In this document: piece by piece, positions 1 to 10,663 of the stretch | Position numbering within the stretch: the first letter of the stretch is position 1 | How the letters are laid out: the number at the start of each line of letters is the position of its first letter | From: Eledone cirrhosa | Lineage: Eukaryota | Direction of reading: 5' to 3' | DNA length: 64,000 bases | NCBI GenBank assembly: GCA_964016885.1 | Contig: OZ024743.1 | Location: 368,528,001-368,592,000 of the forward strand | The notes under the pieces: model-generated | Database searches by the model: none | What the model was told of the DNA's origin: nothing | Seen by the model: the letters and a program-made list of their open reading frames with translations, nothing else | Position numbers and translations under genes: made by a program

Positions 1-1139
1 AACCTGGGATCCATGAGCTAAGTTCAAAATTTCAAGTACTTTGTGAAAAAACATAATATACACACATTATTGGATATCCATTCTTTAAGTATAAAAAGTT
101 TTCTCATGGGAAAATTCATTTATATAAAAGGGATCTTTGGTAGTGAAAATTTGGGACCACTGCTCTATATTGTTTGTGATTTTAGCAATTACCTGGTTGT
201 AAAAAGAAAATACACTTTAGACCTATCAAATAAAATTCATTAAAACATTAATAATGTGTAAAATTAATATTATATAAATGAAATTAATATTATATGAATA
301 AAAAATATATATTAATATTTTATGACAGAATATCGTTTACTCATTTCAATACCAGTCTGCCCCAAACTTCCCATATTAAAGTGTTTATAATTTAATTAAA
401 ATCTGAGCAAAAATCTCATTAAAAATCAATGTTAACATGGGTGTTTTTTTTAATGTAAGACCTTTTATTAAATTGTATTACTAGCATGGGCTTAATATAC
501 AAATAAATAAATAAATAAATAAATAAATAAACAAAAAGTTAGTGTTAGAGTTGTTTTACAAACTTTCCTCCAAATTCTTGATTATCTTTAAAATTAATTG
601 AAACTCATAGGCACCGTATACTTGTCAGAAATATTTTAGACAAGCTCTTGTCTAAAGATTTTGAGCCTTCCCCATCCTCAAACTGTCTTTAACAAAATAT
701 TGATTAGATATAGATAGATAGATAGATAATTTGCTATCTTATTTGACTAGCGATGATAATATGATATAAAAATATATGTACAAATGAAAAGGAAATTATA
801 TTATCAAAACAGCAAAGTTATTCCAGAACATTGCATTTAAAAGGAAAAACAGGAAATAACATTGAATCAGGGGAATAACTTTGAATAGTATAAGATATAA
901 AGTAAAATAGATTTTTAAAAATATTTTTTAATTACAAAATAACGATTGAAAAATATGTTTTCCTAACCAAATGAATAAAACATAAAATAATTCTCATATT
1001 TTGTCACATTTATGGAGCAATTCATCTGCAAATTTACTTTTTGATATATCTGTTAATTAATTAATGAATCACATACTGCTATATTGATAACAGTCTTGGG
1101 TCTAATGATATTACTAATATTTCCTTGAAATTGTAACTA

Positions 1140-1525
1140 TGTGTTAGTCAGTCTCTTCTTCATACCGTGAGCAAAGAAAATCCAACTTTTTTATGGTCTA
1201 GAGCCTGCATTAGGTGAAAACTTCATTTTTTCAGCTTTTTAGGGCTTTTTTGAGGCGTTACATCTAGCCGATTTTCCCGAAATTTCAAGGCATATTATGC
1301 ACATAAAAAAAATTCCTTTTCTTGATCCCCTAGGGCCCTCATTAGGTGAAAACCTGCATTTTTCCTGCTTCATCGAGGAAAATCTTAAAGATTATCCAGC
1401 CATCAGAGTATTCGGTTTATTTTCTTTACATATTGTCCATGCATGCAGTTTTTCCACGATTAGGTCTGTTGGCAGCCCGCGTTCCAAAATACCTTATCCT
1501 GTGCAACGCCGGGTACCACTGCTAG
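1140..1525 (+). mobile_element. Non-autonomous Helitron (same family as 48147-48589; 5' end uncertain)
   Basis: Ends cctgtgcaacgccgggtaccactgCTAG|T. Confidence 0.75.
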
Positions 1526-1561
1526 TATATATATATATTTCTCTGTGTATATAATGCATCA

Positions 1562-2620
1562 CTTTGATTGGTCAGTCAATCCACACAGATGCTTCTTTGA
1601 AACTATATTGTTTTTCTCCTTTATTTATTTTAGTAAAAGAAAAAATATGGAGACAGAAGACATCACAAGTGTTTTTTATATTCTTTTCTAAGTTACAGTT
1701 TTTAGCTTGCCAACTCCTAGAGTAGAGAGAGTCAGAGCAACAGATCAATGACAACTATGTCACAGTTTCTCTCATTTTTCTCCCCATTCCTATGGTAGAG
1801 CAAAATTTCAACAGAATATGGAAATTGAAGGCATCAAAAATCATGCACCTTTAAACCACACATGTACACTTGAAAAGTTTTGTTTCTTTTCAATGAAGCA
1901 TAAACGCATTTGAAATTTTGTTTCTTTTGAAAGTAGAGTCAGTATCCACCTTCTTCATTTAATGTGGGAGGAAGAAAAATCAGCAGAAGGGTAGAATTTG
2001 AAATTTATAACAGAGTTGTGGTTGAGAGATGAAAATTAGCCAATTTAATTCGTTTTTGTTTCCATATGTAGAGTGGATAATATAGTGGTAGTTTTAGAGT
2101 TTTCAGTAAAGGTCAATCAAATTACCTATCTTTCCATTGAAGTTGGTAGGTATTTTGAATTTATAAATTGAACTTTCTCCACTGAAAGCTAAAACTACCA
2201 TTATTTCCCACTCTATCCTCTGTATGGAAACGAATCTTGCTCTAATGGAAGAAAATGAAAGAAAAATATGAAATAGCAAATATTGGAAACAGAGAATATA
2301 AGGAGAGGAAAATAGATGCCCACTAACTGTGACATAATGGTCATCTGTCTTTTCCTTTGCTTCCTTCTCTCTCTCTCCTCTGTGACTGGCTTTTTATGTC
2401 CATACTTTCTTCATATTTTTACTAAAATAAATAAAGAATACTTGTTATATCTTCTGTTTCCATATACCTTTCTATTAAAATAAATCAAAGAAAAAACAAT
2501 ATAGTTTTAAGATTTGACTCCATATCATAGCAGTAATTTACTTTCCATAAAAAGTCTGGATTGACTAACCAATCAAATAGACACGATCTGAAAAAGTGTG
2601 GATTGACTAACCAATCAAAT
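1562..2620. repeat. Degenerate approx. 1-kb fold-back element
   Basis: tttgattggtcagtcaatccacac vs gtgtggattgactaaccaatcaaa, plus further nested complementary blocks. Confidence 0.65.
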
Positions 2621-2896
2621 AGACACAATCTGAAAAAACTCCCAGCTCTGTCAAAACATCACTTCTTGCAAGATCAATGAATAGTTGGAATCCTGAAATT
2701 TTGTAGTAGTTGCTACAGTCTTAAAGAAAGATAAATGTATTTTGCATCCAACTTGGAGATACAGAAGATGATACAAAGGTTGTAACAAAGAAAAAAAGTG
2801 GATATAATCAAAATGAGCATTCTGTTGTGTGGATGTGGGTGCCAGTATGTGTGTCTATCCATCTTTTCCTTCTATACGACTATATATATATATATA

Positions 2897-3019
2897 CTGT
2901 AGAAAACCTGCCAGACAGTCCTATGCGAGCAAGACAATCACTCTTGCCTCAAGTGGGAAAACCCCCGTCCAAACCCATGCAAGCGTGGAACACGGACGTT
3001 AAACGTTGATGATGATGAT
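2897..3019 (+). mobile_element. Short 3' end fragment of RTE subfamily B
   Basis: Near-identical to 9678-9800; preceded by (TA)n; ends in gatgatgatgat. Confidence 0.85.
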
Positions 3020-3375
3020 CAATCTTCCTCACCATTTACTGTTCATTTTTCCATGCTAGCATGTGTTAGATGAGTTGTCCCATTGTGAGACAAACCAGAT
3101 CAGGTGACTGTGTTTTACTCATACAGAACTGATTTTGGCTTGGTTTCTATGGCTCGATACCCTTCCCAACACCAACCACATTTACAGTGTGTACTGGTTG
3201 CTTTTTGTCATGACACCTACATGACCACTTTGCAGTGTGGACTGGGTGCTTTTTTATTGTAACACCTACATGAACACTTCACAGTGTGAGATGAGTGCTT
3301 TTTTGTCATGTCACCAACACAATCACTTTACAGTGTGGGCTGGGTGCTTTTTGTCATGGCACTTAAAGAACCACT
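3020..3375 (-). mobile_element. Older RTE 3'UTR fragment with tandem approx. 48-bp subrepeats
   Basis: Aligns with 49044-49360 and with the subfamily A 3'UTR (ccatgctagcatg...acaccaaccacatttacagtgtg). Confidence 0.8.
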
Positions 3376-3407
3376 AAAATATGGAACATTTCACAAATTT
3401 GCATGTC
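3376..3407 (-). pseudogene. U6: U6 snRNA 3'-terminal fragment (retrocopy)
   Basis: aaaatatggaacatttcacaaatttgcatgtc vs reverse complement of the conserved U6 3' end aaaatatggaacgcttcacgaatttgcgtgtc (recalled sequence): 28/32 identical, three of four mismatches are CG>CA. Confidence 0.75.
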
Positions 3408-6400
3408 CATAGTCATAGAAAAGTCATTTCTATAAGAAATAAATATGTACCTTCTCTATTAATATATTGTGTACCTTATTTAACTGTGGTATTTTTTTGT
3501 TCCTATTCAGAAAACTATTCTTAATCAATTATAATTCCAGATTTTAAATAAAATATAATCTAATTTGAACTTCAAACGTATTCTATCCCTCTTATTCCAT
3601 TTCCTTAGCATCCTTGCTACAACACACTGGAAAAGATGGCTGGTTTGATCTATTCCCACTTTTATCAACCAACTTTTTAATGTAGGCCCATTTACCACAA
3701 GAGTATTAGGCCTTATTCCAGCACCACTTATTCTGACAATACTGGTGAACTGACATCACAGTAGTTCTATTTAGTAGTTATAACACCTACTCTTTTATCT
3801 AATAACAAGAAACAGTAAGCTCTCCTTTTGTCTTCTATACGGCAAGGATAACTTAAGGCTTAATAGTATATGAAAAGAGTTCTGTTCTAATTGCACAAAG
3901 GAGATGAAGTTTCTTGTGTGAGTAGCAGAGAGGATAGCCTGTTCATTTAGTTTAGCAGTTACTCTGAACAAAAAAGAAGAATGCCAAAAAGAATGAACTA
4001 ACAGAGATAACATAGAGTAAAGAGGACTCAGTATTTTCAAGAACAACTTCTGTAGTGCTAGTGACATGATAAAATGTACCAAATTTATGCTGTGAAGTAG
4101 TTGGTAATAGGAAGGGCATCAAACCATAAATGTGTAGAAAAATAATACAACATATAAAGCAACAGTGTTAGCCAATTTTTCTCTACTGATGGCAAGGACT
4201 TCATTGTGTGGCAAAACACTGTTTTTTCCAACCCATACTGTCATCGAAATTCAGACAGTAACAACCTGTCCAACCCATGTCAGCATGGTAGGGGATGTAA
4301 GAAAATGATGGTGATGATGATAAAAACTGTAGAGAAAAGTAAATATTAGTTATTAAGGTAAAGAGAATACGACATAATGTCATAGATTTGTAAATATTAC
4401 TTGGAGAATAGAAGTAAGAGCACAGCAACACAAGGCATTATAGGGCCTTTGGACTAATACATTATATTGTTAGCACTGTCATGTTATTTCTGAAGACTGT
4501 GATTTTGGAGTCACTTGAAACATATTCATAGGAATAATGCTGACATTCTTCTTTTAATTGTAATTAGATTTTCTTGTAAGGCAAACATTTTTTTTTTTGG
4601 CAAAATATGAAAACAACGAAAATGAGAGCTGTCAACAGCCTCACCCAACCGATATACTTTTTATTTAATTGAATTTAAGTGCCATAGGTTAAAAATTCTT
4701 TTTTCATTTTTGTTGCTGAAATAGGAAGAAGACACTGCAGGTGAGAGTTGTCAATCAAACAATAATTGCACAGAAATTAATATATGCTTATAAGTAGAAT
4801 ATAATCTCACTGGTGCTAATTAAATGACTGTGAGAAAGCTCTTTAAAAACACTGAGCAATCATCTCAATAAGTACTGTAAGTCAAAACATTTTTCTTGAG
4901 TTAGGTTGTATAGAAGGAGACAGGAAGACTGCAGGGATACTTTAAAGTTTGCATATGTTTGTGTGTGAAGAAGCAATGTATTCTGGAGAAATTACCAAAT
5001 ATTTCATGGGAAATTGCAGGGATTCATTAGAGAATTTTGTCTTCTTTCATTGATCATATTTCAGACAGCAAAAATATCTCAAAGAAGTTAATGACAGCCA
5101 TTTGAAGAGTTGTGGTTTTTACAAATGTTTCAAAATAAGGTTCCATGAATTTAATAACCATTTACAGATGATTGCATTGATATATAAAGTAGTAAAGTTG
5201 TTATAAAAATAAATTAGCATTTGGTCCACTTACAAACCAAAGCAAACTCCATCAACATCAAAATCATCATCATCATTACCATCATTTTACATCTGCTTTC
5301 CATGTTGACATGAGCTGTAAGGGTCATTTTGGTTCAAGTGTGTTATTATTCAGAGTTACTAGCTTCCTAGATGTATCAGAGGACTGCGCTTCACTTGTAC
5401 ATTTTATTTTTAGTATGGTTTCTACAGCTGGATGCCTTTTCCAACACCAATCACTTTACAGAGTCTGCTGGGTGAATTTTATTGTGGAAGCAGCACTAGA
5501 AAGGTTGTCTCTAACAAGGCTAAAGAGCCTTCTCTACCTTACATTATTTGTTTGATTGCCAACCACTTTACTGAGTGTACTGGGTACATTTTATCATGGG
5601 TCTAATACTAGAGAGATTGAATTGTTGATTGCAAGGCTAAGGAGTCCTCTTAAATCTACATAGTCACCGTTCTTTCAAAGTTAGCTGATATTGTTGTTTA
5701 TGTTGGTTAGCACTGATTCAATAGTTCTATGATCAAAGTATTCTAGCTATGATCACCTTTTTATTTAGGCTTAATATATCAAAGAATATTTAGGACTATA
5801 TTATCTAATGTATCTATGTTTTTCTTTTAAAGATGGTATTGCTTGTTTGAGAAATATTTTACTGTTATTTCTATTTCTAGCAGGCCAAGTGATCATGCAA
5901 AATGTCTTCTTGCATTTCATAAGGCTCCCTCTATTTTTTCATTTAGTTGAGGTTTCTTTAGAGGGTTGAGAGAAAAAGTTTGATGGGTTTATACATGTTA
6001 TATGGTGGACTTTTTCAGCCTATGTCAACATGAGAAACTCAAAGTGGTGGGAAAGACAGTAATTCTAGTGATGGTAATGATGATGACAACAATAATATTG
6101 AGGATTATCACCAGCAGAGGGTATAATGATCAAATCTGTCTCTTAAACTTTGGACAAATACTATTTTGTATGAAACTACTTCCTTCCAATGGTAATGCAA
6201 TATCATTTTTTGCAATTATTCTAATGATATTACAGCAAGCTGACAAATATATAACCATAGTGATATTCAACCATAACAATATTTCTCGTATTAACTGTAA
6301 ATGTATCAATTACTATTTACTAATCAGCAGTATCTTCACTTCACTATAATCATAACTTTAATGGTAACTGTTAGTATAGTGATATATTCATATTTTATTA

Positions 6401-6443
6401 TATCTAGTAAAATGTTAATATTGTTTTGATGTGTTTGCCTACA

Positions 6444-6476
<33 letters not shown>

Positions 6477-6712
6477 GTATATAACATGTTATAGATTTTT
6501 ACAAGATTTACTAAATATTTGATTAAAATGTCTGGCCTCTGTTTATGTGTGCAATAGAGATAGATAGATGGAGACAGAGAGAGATGTGTAGTTAAGGAGT
6601 TCAATCTGCAACACATGGTTTTGGGTTTAATTTTACTGCATGGCATTTTGGGCAATAACAGAAGAATTTAGTAGATGGGAACAGAGCTAAATCCTGTTTG
6701 TGTGCATGTATG

Positions 6713-6762
<50 letters not shown>

Positions 6763-6813
6763 TATACATACATGCACATAAACAGGATTTAGCTCTGTTC
6801 CCATCTCTCTCTT

Positions 6814-6849
<36 letters not shown>

Positions 6850-7580
6850 CACACACATATACATACATGCACATAAACAGGATTTAGCTCTGTTCCCATC
6901 TCTCTCTTTCTCTCTCTCTCTCTCTATATATATATATACACACACATATATATACATGCACACAAACAGGATTTAGCTCTGTTCCCATCTGCTAAATTCT
7001 ACTAGAAAAAAGAAAAATATCCAAATAGAAGTTGATGACACCCACACTTTCAAATATTCGATCGTTCCCCCTTCTACACCCCAATGTATGTGTGAACTTA
7101 AATACTTGAGTAGATAAGTGTGTAGATGTGTTTGTATGTATGTCTGTAGGTGTACAGGTATGTGTATACATGTGTATATGTATGTGTGCATGTGTGTGTA
7201 TATATATATATATATATATGTGTGTATTTATGTGTATGTATGTATGTAGATATATGTGTAGGTATGTGTATGTGTATGTATATATATATATATATATATG
7301 TATGCATATGTATGTATATGCATATATGTGTGTGTATGTATGTAATATATATGGACTATAAGTATATTTACATATAGGGAAGTGAATATGTGAGCTAGCA
7401 CGCCACCCCCACCCCCACACACACATATACTTCCCCTCCCAAACCAATATCAACAACATACATTTCTGACAAATATTCCAAAACTATCCTTATTCTTCTC
7501 TTTGCTGTCATCCCATTCTTATCAAAAGACATGTATTTTACACCTCATTAACCCACCACCAGACACACCTAAATTCATCT

Positions 7581-7900
7581 TTAACCCTTTAGCATTTACA
7601 TTACTTTATATTTACTATTATATTTTCCCACCGAGGTTAACTTTGCCTTTCATCCTTACGGGGTCGATAAAATAAAGTACCAGTAATACACTTGGATAAT
7701 TGCTGGCCTTGTACCAAAAGTAGAAACACTTTATTTCACATAATTATCTCACATAATATCAAATCTAAGAGATGTAGATATTATTTATTTTGAGAACAAT
7801 ACCTTAACATAAGTCTGAGCGGCCAGTAACAGCCAGTTTGAACAGAAAGAGGTGAGAGAATTCTGGCCGGATATGGCCGGTTTAAATGCTAAAAGAGTAA
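7581..7900. mobile_element. piggyBac-type MITE interrupted by a SINE fragment
   Basis: ttaaccctttagcattta ... taaatgctaaaagagtaa; body is the reverse complement of 28545-28773; SINE piece at about 7631-7727. Confidence 0.78.
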
Positions 7901-8599
7901 TATAGAAAATTATTGTAGGTATTCTTTTTTAATTTAAGAGAGTTGATTCAACTATAAGAAACGAATTTGAAAAACATCCTGCCATTATATTCATCAAAGA
8001 TCATTGATTGAAATGGAACCAGCAGGATGGCACTTTTACAGACCCTTTCTTAAACACTATTTAAAAAAACCCAACAGCACTCCCAACCCATTATCTTGCT
8101 GTCACCATTCACCATTTTCATATATATGTGTGTGTGTGTGTGTGTGTGCTTTAAATCTTCATCAACACTCCTTCACTCCCACAGCCATTAACACCCCACC
8201 CTCCAGACACATTCAAATCTCTCTTATATATAGTCACACATCACAACACAACCTGATCTCAGTTTGACAATTGCCACTGGTGAATGCGAGAAAGTTAACC
8301 AGGAATCTTTAAAGATCTTCCCACTGAAGTTAACAAAGAACTTACTAGATCTGCCAACTCATAATATTATAAAATTAAATTAAATTGTGTAGAACTACAA
8401 GTGAAGTCATTCTTTTCTTTTTTCAAATATATATATATATATATACAGAACAGTAAATATTAGCGAAGGCCAAACGAAGTTGTGCATAAATTTATTCAGC
8501 TATTATACATTTTTCTCTGGGGACAACAATTAGGCGGTGTGATTGCCACATGACTCTCAGCCTGAGTTCATCAGATAGCAATTAGAAATAAAAACAAAC

Positions 8600-9445
8600 A
8601 ACTGCACATAAGACAATGTCATCAACAATTTCATATCAGCTAGGTGTTGTGAAAGATGTCTTGTGCTTCTACACTTTTGATGGGGAAATCCATCAAAATT
8701 ATCAATAGCAGTGCATAATCAAGTATGATGATAAATAAATATGGTGCAAGGGGATCATCTTGAAGTATACATGTGACTACCTGAAAGAAGTCAGTTTCTC
8801 CTTCTACTGTCAGTGTTATAGTGAGATTGTTTTCATACATGATCCTTATTCCATTAATGGGTGTGAGAGGAATACCATATGCAAGTAGAACTTCAAACAT
8901 ACATTCACGGTTAATGCTATCAAAAGGTTTTCAAAAATCTATAAAGGTCAATACAGTTTCTTTTTTTATGATGTCTTACTTCTTTGTTTAGATGTCGGAG
9001 AGACATAATCTGTGATCTTGAAAACAAGATTTAGGAGGAAGGTTTAGCCTTCCTATCTCAATGCCTATTTCAATGAAATTCTTGTATGATTTGACAGATA
9101 AGGTTGTCCTATTTTCTATTATTTTATTTTCAACTTTTGCAGCTACATTAGGATTATACAAAACATTCCATTTAAGAGTTTTTGATGGAATTTTTCATGT
9201 GCACAGAAGCTAAGTTTGTATTTAGCAATTAGGTTATGTTCATTAAGAGATCTTTGAAGGTAGATCTCATTTCTACAAACTAGAAGGAAGTTATGCTGAG
9301 GATCTGTTTAGATATTTTCAGATAACTCATCATAAAATTGTAGTATTTCATCATCACTGTACCCACTATGAGGAGAGTAATGTGAGATAATAGTGGTTTT
9401 AGGGTTGCCTTTAAAGGTTGCAGTCACTATGCAGTCATGTGACTT
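8600..9445 (-). mobile_element. Decayed RTE-like LINE (third family), APE and RT remnants
   Basis: [19 protein letters not shown]...FYDEL (APE) and MFEVLLAYGIP...ILQDDPLAPYLFIIILDY (RT). Confidence 0.75.
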
Positions 9446-9586
9446 ATATATGTATATATATATATATATATGTATAAATATATATATGTATATATATATA
9501 TAATTATATGTATATATATATATATGTATATATATGTATATATATATATGTATATATATATATATGTATATATATATATGTATATA

Positions 9587-9811
9587 GTCCACGCTGTAAT
9601 GTGGCCGTGTAGGCAACACGGTAAAAACCTCCCAGCCCCACACTGTAAATGTGGTTGGTGTTAGGAAGGGCATCCAACTGTAGAAAACCTGCCAGACAGT
9701 CCTATGCGAGCAAGACAACCACTCTTGCCTCAAGTGGGAAAACCCCCGTCCAAACCCATGCAAGCGTGGAACACGGACGCTAAACCTGGTGATGATGATG
9801 ATGATGATGAT
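9587..9811 (+). mobile_element. 3' end fragment of RTE subfamily B
   Basis: Matches reverse complement of 61001-61220; shared core ggttggtgttaggaagggcatcc; (GAT)n tail; TA flanks. Confidence 0.85.
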
Positions 9812-9904
9812 GTATATATATATATGTATATATATATATATGTATATATATGTATATATATATATGTATATATATGTATATATATATACATATATATATT
9901 TATC

Positions 9905-10325
9905 GGTGATAAAAGCCGACCTTACCCAACTACACCTCTCAAAGTCAATGACACACGACCGTGACTTCTGGCGTCACGCAGTAATACAGGGTACCCGACC
10001 TCCCATGGGTACATGCTGAAGCATATAAACAATATGCCCCCCCCCCCCTCCACCGCAAGGTGGCCGTGGAGGTGCCACGGCAAAAAAGCACCCAGCCCAC
10101 ACTGTAAAGTGGACGTGTAGGGGCCACGAAAAAGCACCCAGCACTCACTGTAAATGAGGTTGGTGTTAGGAAGGGCATCCAGCTGTAGAAATCAAGCCAG
10201 ACCAGTTCCTGTATGAGCAAGGCATGGTCAGCCGACCAGACACTGCCCACAACAGGACAACCCGTCTAACCCATGCTAGCGTGGAAGAACGGACGTAAAA
10301 CGGTGATGATGATGATGATGATGAT
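9905..10325 (+). mobile_element. 5'-truncated copy of RTE subfamily A (last about 420 bp)
   Basis: Near-identical reverse complement of 10664-11082; encodes [11 protein letters not shown]...PPMGTC; (GAT)n tail; TA arrays on both sides. Confidence 0.92.
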
Positions 10326-10388
10326 ATATGTATATATATGTATATATATATATGTATATATATGTATATATATGTATATATATATATG

Positions 10389-10419
<31 letters not shown>

Positions 10420-10434
10420 GTATATATATGTATG

Positions 10435-10481
<47 letters not shown>

Positions 10482-10510
10482 GTATATATATATATGTATA
10501 TATATATATG

Positions 10511-10559
<49 letters not shown>

Positions 10560-10606
10560 GTATATATATATATGTATATATGTATATGTATATGTATATA
10601 TATATG

Positions 10607-10655
<49 letters not shown>

Positions 10656-10663
10656 TTATATAT

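Noticed and set aside
3480-4080. Possible LINE endonuclease remnant (KLDYILF) on the minus strand
   Set aside because: Single short motif; no other APE motifs could be aligned.
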